NCBI GenBank assembly: GCA_016704325.1
Contig: JADJAG010000008.1
Coordinates: forward strand, 54,057-118,056
DNA: 64,000 bases
DNA from: Chitinophagaceae bacterium
Lineage (GTDB): Bacteria > Bacteroidota > Bacteroidia > Chitinophagales > UBA10324
Reading direction: 5' to 3'
Both the position numbers and the translations under genes were made by a program. Below, one piece after another: positions 19,973 through 29,923 of the stretch (within the stretch, counting starts at the first letter, position 1; every line of letters starts with the position of its first letter). Under the pieces are notes generated by a model. The model searched no databases, was not told the origin of the DNA, and saw only the letters and a list, made by a program, of their open reading frames with translations.

Positions 19973-22333
19973 ATGAAAAGAATTCTTTTGATAATACTTT
20001 CACCCTTAGTTATCTCCTTTAACGGTTTTACTCAAAGTATTACACAAACTATCCGCGGGAGTATAGTGGCGCAACATGTGGAAACTCCGTTATCAAATGC
20101 CAGCGTAATCCTGTTGAATTCAGTACCGCTAACCGGAACATATACCGATGAAAATGGAAATTTCAAACTGGAAAAAGTCCCGGTAGGAACACATACCCTT
20201 CGCATCACCTATATGGGTTACAAAGAACTTAGTATTCCGAATATCATGGTAAACTCAGGGAAAGAAACAGTACTCACTATTGAAATGCAGGAGCATATAC
20301 TTGAAGGAGAAGAGGTGGTGATCACCGATGAGGGGCAGCGTGAAAAGCCGCTCAATGATATGTCAACCGTAAGCGCGCGTACTTTCTCTGTGGCAGAAAC
20401 GCAGAAGTATGCTGCGGCAGTGAACGACCCTGCCAGGATGGCCCTTTCTTTTGCAGGTGTGGTAAGTGCTGATGACGGCAATAACAGGATTGTGATCCGG
20501 GGCAATTCACCAAATGGGCTCTTATGGCGTATGGAAGGCATAGACATTCCAAATCCCAATCATTTTGCCGATGTCGGCAGTTCCGGAGGTGGGATCTCAA
20601 TATTAAGCGCGCAATTGCTGGCCAATTCCGATTTTATAACGGGAGCTTTTGCTTCTGAATACGGAAATGCAATCTCCGGCGCATTTGACCTGCGGCTGAG
20701 ACGAGGTAACAATGAAAAAAATGAATGGACCTTATCTGCCGGTGTGCTTGGGATAAATGTAGCTGCCGAGGGTCCATTCTCCTCTAAATACAAGGGCTCT
20801 TACCTGGTAAACTACCGTTACTCCACACTTAGCATACTTGGAAAGGTGGGCGTGCTTCCGGACGATTATGTGACCAACTTCCAGGATCTGGCTTACAATA
20901 TTTACCTGCCGACAAAGAAAGCAGGTTACTTCACACTTTTTGGATTCGGTGGATTAAGTGATCAGAAAAATGAGGCACTCAAGGATTCTACTGCATGGGA
21001 ATACGACTATGAAAAATACAGTAGCAACTTCTACTCAAACACCGGAGCTGCAGGTGCAACGCATGGCATCATACTCAATTCAAAAGCTTATATTAAATCA
21101 GCGTTGCTGTATTCTTATGCAGGCAATGGTTATGAAGAATCCTTCTATTCAAATGATTATACCTCTGTTGCCAATTATGATCTGGGCTATGCACAGAAAA
21201 AACTGGCATTGACTTCCGTACTCAACTATAAATTTAATGCTAAGAATGCCCTGCGAACAGGCATTATCGCCACAAACATACGCTATGATCTTTCCGGAAA
21301 TTCATTGAATGACAGTACCGGCCAGATGCAGGAGCACATTAATACAAAAGGCAGTACGTATACAATGCAAACTTATGCGCAATGGCAATACAAACTCAAC
21401 GATGCCATTACTTTTAATGCGGGATTTCATTACCTGCATTTATTGCTGAATGATTCAAAATCTTTGGAACCACGTCTTGCAGCGACTTATAAAATGAATG
21501 ACAGGCAGACACTGAGCGCCGCTTACGGTTTGGTGAGCCAGATGCAACCCATCGGCATCTATTTCGCGCAGTCAGCAAATGAAACCGGAACAGTCAGCCT
21601 GCCAAATAAGAACCTATCCTTTACTAAAGCGCATCACTTTGTGCTGTCTTACGATTATCTTTTCACCACCGACCTTCACCTGAAGACTGAAGTATATTAC
21701 CAGTCCTTATTCAATGTACCCGTAGCTGAAGGAGAAGCCAACTCCTTTTCCATGCTCAACTATGCAGGTGGTGATTATGTTACCGATGCATTGGTGAATG
21801 AGGGTACCGGAAAAAATTACGGCATAGAATTTACCCTTGAAAAATTTCTGAGCAATAACTATTATGCGCTTTTATCAACTTCCCTTTACCAATCGAAGTA
21901 TAAAGGATCAGATGGTGTTGAAAGAAATACAAGATATGATGGCAACTTCGCCACTACACTTACAACCGGCAAAGATTTTATCTTATCAGGAAAATCAAAA
22001 AGCCGTGTGTTAGGGTTGAATGGGAAAATTATTTATGCAGGCGGATTCCGGACTACGCCGATAGATGTAGCTGCATCTCAACAAGCAGGTACAGGTGTTT
22101 ATTTGGAAGAGCTGGCTTTCTCGGAACAAAACCCAAATTACTTCCGTGCTGATATCGGAATCAGTTTCAAACGCAACCGGCCTAAGACAACGAGCACCTG
22201 GTCGCTCGATATTCAGAATGTCACCAACCGCAAAAACATTTTCAGCGAATATTACGATCCGGCGAAACAGGATGTGATCGTGGTTTACCAGGCTCCATTG
22301 ATTCCGGTTTTGAATTATAAGATTGAGTTTTAA
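19973..22333 (+). CDS. TonB-dependent receptor with N-terminal carboxypeptidase-regulatory-like domain
   Basis: Signal peptide, CarboxypepD_reg-like segment (GNFKLEKVPVGTHTLRITYMGYK), plug region, long beta-barrel and terminal ..NYKIEF. Confidence 0.85.
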   Translation: MKRILLIILSPLVISFNGFTQSITQTIRGSIVAQHVETPLSNASVILLNSVPLTGTYTDENGNFKLEKVPVGTHTLRITYMGYKELSIPNIMVNSGKETVLTIEMQEHILEGEEVVITDEGQREKPLNDMSTVSARTFSVAETQKYAAAVNDPARMALSFAGVVSADDGNNRIVIRGNSPNGLLWRMEGIDIPNPNHFADVGSSGGGISILSAQLLANSDFITGAFASEYGNAISGAFDLRLRRGNNEKNEWTLSAGVLGINVAAEGPFSSKYKGSYLVNYRYSTLSILGKVGVLPDDYVTNFQDLAYNIYLPTKKAGYFTLFGFGGLSDQKNEALKDSTAWEYDYEKYSSNFYSNTGAAGATHGIILNSKAYIKSALLYSYAGNGYEESFYSNDYTSVANYDLGYAQKKLALTSVLNYKFNAKNALRTGIIATNIRYDLSGNSLNDSTGQMQEHINTKGSTYTMQTYAQWQYKLNDAITFNAGFHYLHLLLNDSKSLEPRLAATYKMNDRQTLSAAYGLVSQMQPIGIYFAQSANETGTVSLPNKNLSFTKAHHFVLSYDYLFTTDLHLKTEVYYQSLFNVPVAEGEANSFSMLNYAGGDYVTDALVNEGTGKNYGIEFTLEKFLSNNYYALLSTSLYQSKYKGSDGVERNTRYDGNFATTLTTGKDFILSGKSKSRVLGLNGKIIYAGGFRTTPIDVAASQQAGTGVYLEELAFSEQNPNYFRADIGISFKRNRPKTTSTWSLDIQNVTNRKNIFSEYYDPAKQDVIVVYQAPLIPVLNYKIEF

Positions 22334-22576
22334 ACTACGAGATTTATCCTGGAGTTGACATTGTGAACAGCATTGAAAATGCAACCATAATGTCCCAAAA
22401 GACTCCATGAACCGCAGTAAAAATAGGATGCGAACCTGCAATGCATTCTGAAAGAAATCGCATTTTGGGTCTTACAACAGTGCTTGTAAGATTATCGTAC
22501 ACCTGATAAACTTATAACATGGTTATGTGCCACATTTCATTCCGTTTCTTCAATTGAATGCAGCATGATAACCTTG

Positions 22577-22951
22577 TTAAGCTTTGTTGATCTTAAACAA
22601 CATCAAATCAGCTATGGATTTCCCCCTTGCTTTCGCTTCATCTGCCTTTTTACCTTCAAAATGCTGGTCCAGTGTTGCCGTCCACAGTTGCAGCCACCGG
22701 TCAAAGTGAGCTTGTGTCAATGATGTTTTCCTATTGAGTTGAATATGCTTCGACATTACATCGCCATTGAAAGATGATTCTCCCAACAGCATAGATGCCC
22801 AAAAGCTATACATTCTCGGCAAGTGCGCTTCCCAATCTACCTGTGCGATATCATTAAAAATATAGCCGATGGTGGCATCCGGTTTTACCTGGTCATAAAA
22901 GCTGTCAACCAGTAACTTTACATCATCAAAGCAGTCAATGTCTTTTTTCAT
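22577..22951 (-). CDS. group III truncated hemoglobin
   Basis: 124 aa. LVDSFYDQV..IGYIFNDIA..W.AHLPRMYSFWASMLLG..F.G..M.KH pattern. Confidence 0.7.
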   Translation of the reverse strand: MKKDIDCFDDVKLLVDSFYDQVKPDATIGYIFNDIAQVDWEAHLPRMYSFWASMLLGESSFNGDVMSKHIQLNRKTSLTQAHFDRWLQLWTATLDQHFEGKKADEAKARGKSIADLMLFKINKA

Positions 22952-23017
22952 GGTATTGTGAAGATCAGTTAGTCACTCAAATTAGGCATTATGTTTTTGA
23001 TGCGTATCAAAATGAAA

Positions 23018-23130
23018 CTTGACACAGATGGTGCTGAAAACCACAGATCAAAACCAACCTGATTTAATACCAATGGCAGCTCTCAAAAATTCAATCCGAA
23101 AAAGTCCGTTCGATCTATGTTATGCATTTC
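23018..23130. repeat. CACAGAT-word inverted element
   Basis: Left words are gacacagat and aaccacagatcaaaaccaacctgattt. The right arm is tccgttcgatctatgtt. Related to the 39054-39177 element (shared AACCACAGATYAAAACCA). Confidence 0.6.
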
Positions 23131-23336
23131 CTTTTCTTAGACCATTCCAAAGCAACTTGAGTATGTAAAATCTAAACGTAACTAAACCATCATTGCCATA
23201 AAAATAATGACCGATAAGCAGACCAACCATTTTCCATTAATTGTAACATGGTTAACCTACCTACCGGCTTTCATTCATTGGCCTAACAGCCTCCGAATGA
23301 TCATTACCGGGCATCACTGCCCGACTCAAGCACAAT

Positions 23337-23993
23337 CTATGCTTCTACCATTTTTTTAGCGAGATAGAAATCAACTTTCTCACATGTGGTATCAGCTAAT
23401 CTTTCCTCCAGGGCCTGCAAAGTTTTAGGCGCGGGAATAATTACTTTTTCTCCCTTCTTCCAGTTCAGGGGCATCGCTACTTTGTGCTTATCTGAAAACT
23501 GCAATGCCTGCAAAGCGCGTAAAATTTCATCCATATTTCTGCCAACATTTAACGGATAGTACATGATCAGTCTTATCTTTTTGGCAGGATCAATGAAAAA
23601 AACAGCACGAACTGCAGCCGTTTCACTCTCATTGGGTTGCAACATGCCATATAGTTTACTCACCTTCATATCTATATCGGCAATGATTGGGAATGAAAAA
23701 TATACTCCAGTCTTTTCACGCACATTATTCACCCAGGCCAAGTGAGAATGAATACTATCAATACTCAAGCCCAGTAACTCCGTATTGAGTGCTTCAAACT
23801 CCCCTTTGCGGATGGCAAAGCCACTCATTTCTGTAGTACATACCGGTGTAAAATCGGCAGGATGAGAAAAGAGTATCGTCCATTTCTCCTTGGCAAATTC
23901 TGAAAATTTGATCTTACCGGTTGTGGTGACGGCCTCAAAGTCAGGGGCAGTATCGCCGATGCGAGGCATTGCATACATTGTTTCGTTTGACAT
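23337..23993 (-). CDS. 1-Cys peroxiredoxin (Prx6-like)
   Basis: FSHPADFTPVCTTE peroxidatic Cys motif. I prefer the ATG at 23993 over the TTG at 24020. Confidence 0.9.
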   Translation of the reverse strand: MSNETMYAMPRIGDTAPDFEAVTTTGKIKFSEFAKEKWTILFSHPADFTPVCTTEMSGFAIRKGEFEALNTELLGLSIDSIHSHLAWVNNVREKTGVYFSFPIIADIDMKVSKLYGMLQPNESETAAVRAVFFIDPAKKIRLIMYYPLNVGRNMDEILRALQALQFSDKHKVAMPLNWKKGEKVIIPAPKTLQALEERLADTTCEKVDFYLAKKMVEA

Positions 23994-24072
23994 ATCTCTA
24001 AGATTTTTTTTACACAACAAAGTTCAGCAACGCTGTGTGGGAAACATGTGATATAAGTCACATTCAGGCAAA

Positions 24073-24531
24073 TCAATCATAATAAAAGAACCTGCCCGTT
24101 TTTTCCCGGTATGCCACATACTCCTTATACCGGCCGTTCAATAATCCTTCTTCATATTCCGACTTAAAATAGAACAGTATCCAAAGTGCTAACCCCACAC
24201 CTATTCTCCATGTGCTTTGAGAAAATACACCATATGATAAAGTAAAAATGATGATCCCGGAATAGATAGGGTGCCTGATATAGTTGTAAATGCCGGATTG
24301 AATTAACGAGCCCTGCACCTTGGGAGTAGGAAATGGGGTGAGGTTACTTTTCAATTGCAACAAGGCAAGCAAAAAGATGATCACACCAATTAATGCAAAA
24401 CCAATGGTGATGTAACGCACCATATTGCTGATTGCGAATGGCCTGTCAGCTATTGGAAAAAGATAAAGCAGCAACAACAACAACTGTACCGTTACATATG
24501 CGATATCTTTTGCTGCAATTCGTTTCATCAA
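24073..24531 (-). CDS. isoprenylcysteine carboxyl / phospholipid methyltransferase family membrane protein
   Basis: 4-TM protein with GIYNYIRHPIYSGIIIF (RHPxY.G) motif. Confidence 0.7.
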   Translation of the reverse strand: MMKRIAAKDIAYVTVQLLLLLLYLFPIADRPFAISNMVRYITIGFALIGVIIFLLALLQLKSNLTPFPTPKVQGSLIQSGIYNYIRHPIYSGIIIFTLSYGVFSQSTWRIGVGLALWILFYFKSEYEEGLLNGRYKEYVAYREKTGRFFYYD

Positions 24532-24889
24532 TGCATTTGTATTATTTCAATGAAATAATGAGAACCAAAAAACTTCGTTGCTAAACACCGTTCTTCCTGA
24601 TAGATTTATTCGATTCTGTTATGTAAAAATAATCACTATTGTACAACTAATGTGGGTTAAAGTCCATCCGGAGCCGGTTTTGGCCTTTAATCCCACGCTG
24701 AATCGTGGAGTCACATGATGCGCACCAGTATTGGGTTTCAGCTTAACTTTCAATACTTTCCCTGACAATAATGACTAATTAATATTGACACCGGCGATGT
24801 TCCGCTCCTATGCACGAATTAATATGAAAGTAAAACTTAAAAATTGCCATTTGATCTTGCCCTTTGAACTAGAGTGACAGTGCCATAAG

Positions 24890-25786
24890 CTATAACGTTA
24901 AACGAACTCCGGTTGACCAATAAAACCCGGTATTAAGATCTTCCTCATAAGTTCCCTGATCAGTAACTATGGTAGCCGGATTTACAGGGAAGGTGAAAGT
25001 GGAAGCTAGGTAGAAACGGAACTTCTTAATTTTATAACTCACCTGAATGTCTGTTTCAAAGTCCAACAGTTGAAACTTTTGCGATTCAATTGTCCTGGAG
25101 CTATTTGGAATACCTGGTTGCTGTCCGCTGCCACTGCCTCCTCCATTCCCACTGCCCATCCCTGTCTGCGTGTTTCTCATAGTGTAATACTGACTATAGT
25201 ATTGCTGAGTACCGGCATTCAAATAAACTGCCGGTGTAATCCGCAATTTCCTTTTTAATGCATAGAACTTCCGGTTGATTTCTGCACCTACGAACACATC
25301 TGTATAACCGCTCCAACCAAGAGCGCCGTCAGCATAAACCATAAAGCCTGCAAGATCATAACCCACGTAAGCACTCAGAGATGTGCTCATTTCTGACACT
25401 ACCGTATAACTATAGTCGTTGAAAAAATACTCTGAAACAATCATGCCTGCCTCAAACTTCTCTCCATAATAATCATACCCCCCTGATAACTTATAAAGAT
25501 CAATCCTTCCCTGGCCTTCCCCGGTTAAATAAGACAGCGATGTACTTAGAAATAAACCGGATTTGTGATAATATCCCGCATAAGGCGATAAGTAAGGTGC
25601 TTTTGATGAATCGCCTCTTCCCATAAACAGATAATCGCTTGTGTACCAGACACCGACTCTCACCTCCGTCTTCTGCCAACCGGAATCGATACGAAATTTG
25701 TGAATTGTTTGAGCTCTTAACATCATTGAAGAATCAAACATCAACAATATTAACACAACGAATAGTCCACCACTTAAAGCTTTCAT
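24890..25786 (-). CDS. hypothetical outer-membrane beta-barrel protein
   Basis: Signal peptide (..MLRAQT), alternating aromatic/Gly beta-strand pattern and one GSGNGGGSGSG loop. No family recognised. Confidence 0.5.
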   Translation of the reverse strand: MKALSGGLFVVLILLMFDSSMMLRAQTIHKFRIDSGWQKTEVRVGVWYTSDYLFMGRGDSSKAPYLSPYAGYYHKSGLFLSTSLSYLTGEGQGRIDLYKLSGGYDYYGEKFEAGMIVSEYFFNDYSYTVVSEMSTSLSAYVGYDLAGFMVYADGALGWSGYTDVFVGAEINRKFYALKRKLRITPAVYLNAGTQQYYSQYYTMRNTQTGMGSGNGGGSGSGQQPGIPNSSRTIESQKFQLLDFETDIQVSYKIKKFRFYLASTFTFPVNPATIVTDQGTYEEDLNTGFYWSTGVRLTL

Positions 25787-25910
25787 AACTACAATCCATT
25801 ATTTCCGCTCCACAATTATCGGCTACACTTCCCTTTTATAAATTGAATTGAAACTGCACCATCAAGACTCACTAAAGTAAAGCAGATGCAGTTTCAATTT
25901 TCAGCACTCC

Positions 25911-26825
25911 TTATTTGGGGTTTCCCTTTTCCTGTCCGTGCTGATTTTGCATTTCCTTACCGCCTTCCTTTGATTCCCTGCCACGTTCCATTTCCATCCT
26001 TTCCCTGCTTTGTTGCTCCAATCCTTCGTTGTAACGACCGTGATTCTCATAACGATTGCCTTGCATGTCAAGGCATTCCCCTTCATTCAACTTAACCTGT
26101 TTACCGTTCTTTAACTGCATGCTGCCCTCCGGTCCAACGATAGTGCCGTTTTGTAAAGTGACTGATTCTGCCAACTGTACCCTTTTCTCACTTTTAATTC
26201 GATATACCTTACCACTCTGAACCATCAAATACTCCTGACCCATTAACTGTGCACGATACTGCATTTGCTGGCTGTACTCTGACTGGTTTTTGTATTTGTT
26301 GCCTTGCATATCCAGGCATTCTCCATCCTTCAATTGAAGTTGCTTCTTGTCTTTCAATTGCATTTTGCCACCCGGACTCACATTTGCTCCATTCTGAAAA
26401 GTGAAAGATTCGCCAAGCTGTATTTTTTCATTGTTCCGGATACGATACATCTGGCCGCTTTGGCACATAAAATACTCTTGTGACATGGCCTGTGCACGAT
26501 ATTGCATCTGCTCGGTAAATTCCTGTTGGTTCTTATACCTTTTCCCATCCATATCAAGGCACTCACCATTTTGCAACCGTTCCTGCTTCTGATCCTTCAA
26601 CTGGTAACTGCCATCCGGATTTACAACCGCACCATTTTGCATCTTGTATTGCCCTCGCAATGGAGTTTGATTCTGATCTTTAACCTGGTACATGTTACCA
26701 TCTTTTAGCATCAAGTATTCCTGCAATTGGATCTGATCCTTATCTTGCTGTTGTTCTTGTGCATACGTTTCCACAGCAGCCCATATCAGGACTACTGTAA
26801 TAAAAAATATCTTTTTCATTTCCAT
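25911..26825 (-). CDS. secreted Q/K-rich protein with three 81-aa repeats
   Basis: Signal peptide MEMKKIFFITVVLIWAAVETYA. QEY(L/F)M..(D/S)G..Y....QNG..V.P.G..QLK..KQ..L..GECLDM.G..Y repeats start at aa 50, 131 and 212 of the ORF-track protein. Start placed at the ATG at 26825. Confidence 0.65.
   Translation of the reverse strand: MEMKKIFFITVVLIWAAVETYAQEQQQDKDQIQLQEYLMLKDGNMYQVKDQNQTPLRGQYKMQNGAVVNPDGSYQLKDQKQERLQNGECLDMDGKRYKNQQEFTEQMQYRAQAMSQEYFMCQSGQMYRIRNNEKIQLGESFTFQNGANVSPGGKMQLKDKKQLQLKDGECLDMQGNKYKNQSEYSQQMQYRAQLMGQEYLMVQSGKVYRIKSEKRVQLAESVTLQNGTIVGPEGSMQLKNGKQVKLNEGECLDMQGNRYENHGRYNEGLEQQSRERMEMERGRESKEGGKEMQNQHGQEKGNPK
25995..26723 (-). repeat. 3 x 243-bp in-frame coding repeat
   Basis: DNA counterpart of the three 81-aa protein repeats. 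Confidence 0.8.
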
Positions 26826-27203
26826 TTTGGTTTTATTATGAAGTTTAATGGCAAAATAAACTCTAAGCAAAGACTATAAAACTGACCTGCAACAGGAGCC
26901 TGCTTGACTTTTATCATTGAAATACATTTCAATATATGCTGCCGTTTAATACTGTTGTGCTATTCTGGGATAGTTCGTTACTGTTCAGCAGCACTAAAAA
27001 AAGTACCCTTAAGGCACAAAGAAGCATAGTGAAATGCAAACAAAACTTTTAGCTGTCGTGGCAAAACCAGATTACTTAGAACTATAAAATTTAAGTGGAC
27101 TGCACAGTAACAACTTCTCATGTATTAGAAAGGGGTCAAACAGTCTCTACTCCTTTGCTTAGTATAGTTGTACATGCTAATTTCAACAGAACTACTATTG
27201 GTT

Positions 27204-27950
27204 TCATTTTGTCAACTTCAAATAAAATTGCTTTAACCGCTTATCCAGCTTTTCAATCGCATATCGAAGCGTCACCCGTGGCATGGTTGCTGCATATTTG
27301 TCCAGGAAGTGGATTAACTGTTGTTGATCACGCTTGCCTGCTTCACGAACCCAGCTTCCGACTGCTTTGTTGATCAGGTCGTGTTTATCATGAATTAATA
27401 ATGCTGCAATCTTAAAAGTATCTGCCAGGTCGTTCTGGCGAATGAAGTAATAGGTACTAACAATGGCTGTTCGTCTCTCCCATACATTTTTAGATTTGGC
27501 CAGCTTGTAAAGCGGAGCTCTTGATCTATCAAATAAGTAACCTCCTACTACATAAGGCGCACTTCGGTCAACCAGGTCCCAGTTATTTATTCTATCGTGA
27601 TGCTTCATATAAATACTATACAACTCCTTTCTCCTATCAGCCGTTATTTTACGATCTCTTGCCTGGAAGTCCATTATACTTACAGCTCCCATTCTTGCTT
27701 CATAGAAATTGCTGGCAAGAAGTTGCTTTACTTCAGGGAGCGGCATTTGGGTGAACTGCTTTGCAAGTGAGAATATGGCTGACATCTGCACACCCAGGAA
27801 TTTGTTTTTCCTGTCATCACCTCTGAAATACCTGGAGTTATCAATGGCTGATTTTACGCCTAACTGAGTCAACCTAACGATAAACTCTTCAGATGTATAG
27901 GCGGATTGCACTAAAAGATGGCCCGTTGTTTCCTTCTTCTTTGTAACCAT
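27204..27950 (-). CDS. DNA alkylation repair protein (AlkD-like HEAT-repeat glycosylase family)
   Basis: FYEARMGAVSIM, YMKHHDRINNWDLVDRSAPYVVGGYL and WERRTAIVSTYYFI motifs. Start placed at the ATG at 27950. Confidence 0.8.
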   Translation of the reverse strand: MVTKKKETTGHLLVQSAYTSEEFIVRLTQLGVKSAIDNSRYFRGDDRKNKFLGVQMSAIFSLAKQFTQMPLPEVKQLLASNFYEARMGAVSIMDFQARDRKITADRRKELYSIYMKHHDRINNWDLVDRSAPYVVGGYLFDRSRAPLYKLAKSKNVWERRTAIVSTYYFIRQNDLADTFKIAALLIHDKHDLINKAVGSWVREAGKRDQQQLIHFLDKYAATMPRVTLRYAIEKLDKRLKQFYLKLTK

Positions 27951-28181
27951 TATTATCTGATGGATTATGGCTGATTCAAAAATAAATGTCGAACACAAAA
28001 AGCAACCAGAGAAATTTATGGAATAAATATTTCACTGTTTCTTAAAACACCATGAATGTCACTGATATCATTAGTTGTTTCGGTTCTTACATTAAACTTC
28101 TTTGTCGATTAGGTCAGATTATCTAAATAAATGTTTGAAGAAATACTAATACAACAAATCTAAGCTTGCTTTATCTCCAGC

Positions 28182-28760
28182 TTACCTGTATCCCTCAAGT
28201 ATTCTTTTCGCAGAATCAGAAGCACAAACGAGGGCAGCCGCCATCATAACAATGTCCTTAATCACCAATCGCCCTGCTCCCGACAAATAAGGAAAGCCAT
28301 ATTGAGGAGTCGGAAAATCTCCACCTAAATTGGGTACATACACCTCCGGAGTGGTGATTAAGAATGACAAAGTCACTACGGACATCACCAATGTCATCAG
28401 GCTGCCTATCAAACCTATTTTGGCTTTCCATATGCCCAGCAATGTCAACAAACCAATAATTACAATTACTGCTCCCAGTCCATAAGCAAAAGCATACGTT
28501 CCATTCTCCTTATGCCAATCCACATTTTTCTGAACAGTTTTGCCTTCCGGGTTTTTATACTCCTTGTATTCAGGGGCATCCTTGCTGTAAAAGAATGACA
28601 TAAACGGACTATTTGCTACAAATGGAACAATGCCGTCTGCTTCATATTGAAATACTTTTAATCCGCCAATCCAAATCATGACGATAAAAATGGCAATTCG
28701 TGTCAGGTTAATAAATAACGATTGACTGTTTACCAGAAAGTATAAAAACGACTTTAGCAT
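28182..28760 (-). CDS. DUF417 (YkgB/RclC-like) membrane protein
   Basis: IWIGGLKVFQYEADGIVPFVANSPFMSFFY motif and 4 TM helices. Start placed at the ATG at 28760. Confidence 0.75.
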   Translation of the reverse strand: MLKSFLYFLVNSQSLFINLTRIAIFIVMIWIGGLKVFQYEADGIVPFVANSPFMSFFYSKDAPEYKEYKNPEGKTVQKNVDWHKENGTYAFAYGLGAVIVIIGLLTLLGIWKAKIGLIGSLMTLVMSVVTLSFLITTPEVYVPNLGGDFPTPQYGFPYLSGAGRLVIKDIVMMAAALVCASDSAKRILEGYR

Positions 28761-28852
28761 TGTTCCAATCTTTAACAAACTTTTATACTGGTTGAACAAA
28801 GAATAGCATCCGCATACTATTTTATTATGAAAATTTACGGTGACCTTCTTTA

Positions 28853-29224
28853 TTATCTGTGCTGATCGACGAGGATACTGTTTCCATCCGGGTCTGTTAA
28901 TCCAATGCTGGCAGGACCACTTGTATTTTCAGCTGCTTCACTTTCCAACTTTATCCCCTTTTCCTTTAATTGCTTTTGAATTGCCCTTACATCATCAAAG
29001 TCATCCATATTCTGCGCATTCTCATCCCAACCGGGATTGAATGTGATTATATTTTTTTCAAACATTCCCTGGAACAAGCCGATAAGGGCATTTCCGTTTT
29101 TCATTATCAGCCATTTCTGATCGATATTACCACCGAAAACAGAAAATCCCAGATTTTCATAAAACTGCCTGGAAGCGTGAATGTCTTTGACACTTAAACT
29201 AATGGAAAAGGCCCCTAATTTCAT
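28853..29224 (-). CDS. VOC / glyoxalase family protein
   Basis: 123 aa. MKLGAFSISLSVKDIHASRQFYENLGF start and a beta-alpha-beta-beta-beta module pattern. Confidence 0.75.
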   Translation of the reverse strand: MKLGAFSISLSVKDIHASRQFYENLGFSVFGGNIDQKWLIMKNGNALIGLFQGMFEKNIITFNPGWDENAQNMDDFDDVRAIQKQLKEKGIKLESEAAENTSGPASIGLTDPDGNSILVDQHR

Positions 29225-29246
29225 TGGTTGGCTTTTAGTGAAGTGA

Positions 29247-29801
29247 TCAGTTTGCTTTATCGTATGCTGCTTTCAGCCATTGCATTACTTCCGGTGTAAC
29301 ATCACTTTCGCCCGACAGATTAATCTTATGGGAACACATGGCATTGGCCGCTTTAATCTCTTCGAGAATGCCTTTGGGTTCCTGACCTTTCAAAATAATA
29401 CCGACTTCAAACCTTGTCTTAGTGGCAGGTTGCAGGAGTGCAAATTGCTTCTTTCTTCTCAGGCTGACATATGCATTTTTTGGAGCCACTTCGATGTCCT
29501 TACCAAATGATAATATCTCCTTCATCAGTTTATCGTAAAGTGGTATGAAGTGTTCTTTGCCTTTATACTGCTTTTCAATCAGTTCGTCTTTGTTCTCAAC
29601 AGAACCAGCATCAGAGCCTTTCGCTTTATGCGCCACCAGGTTTGCAAAGCCATGCGTGAAGGCATGCTTTTCTTTTAAGAAGTTAATGATTTGCCCATGC
29701 TTCTCAAAATTCTCCTTCTTAACAAGTTGCACCCATTGTTCCAGGGTTTTCCCTGTGTTTTTGTGTAGATTATCGTGCATTGTCTTTTCTGCCTGGTCCA
29801 T
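29247..29801 (-). CDS. DUF4287 / DUF5655 domain protein
   Basis: N-terminal KNTGKTLEQWVQLVKK...HGFANLVAHKAKG segment, with a C-terminal domain of the type fused to it as I recall. Not verified. Confidence 0.55.
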   Translation of the reverse strand: MDQAEKTMHDNLHKNTGKTLEQWVQLVKKENFEKHGQIINFLKEKHAFTHGFANLVAHKAKGSDAGSVENKDELIEKQYKGKEHFIPLYDKLMKEILSFGKDIEVAPKNAYVSLRRKKQFALLQPATKTRFEVGIILKGQEPKGILEEIKAANAMCSHKINLSGESDVTPEVMQWLKAAYDKAN

Positions 29802-29923
29802 AAATTTATCTGTTTTAAATTTTGAGTTGATATATGCATTTTTACAAAAGCATCTCGTCCTAAATTCAGTTTGATGAATATTTTCCAGCGATCTTCGGAA
29901 ACTGCTCAGCTCATCGCGGCAAC

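Noticed and set aside
22010-22441. 143-aa minus-strand ORF overlapping the 3' end of the TonB-dependent receptor.
   Set aside because: Most of it is antisense to the receptor gene. Only about 100 nt lie in the spacer, and there are no motifs.
24650-24725. Small hairpins (GGGTTAAAG..CTTTAATCCC and CACG-ctgaat-CGTG) in the 358-bp spacer, considered as a possible ncRNA.
   Set aside because: The stems are short and imperfect, with no flanking promoter or terminator signals and no resemblance to an RNA family I know. The evidence is insufficient.
27951-27998. 5' extensions of ORF-track proteins. Examples: 27998, 28799, 24020, 26870, 47330, 52104, 61857 and 11320.
   Set aside because: Where I checked the first codon (11320, 24020, 28799, 52104, 61857) it is TTG. 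In each case the extension adds non-homologous residues ahead of an in-frame ATG. That ATG gives a sensible signal peptide or family-typical N-terminus.
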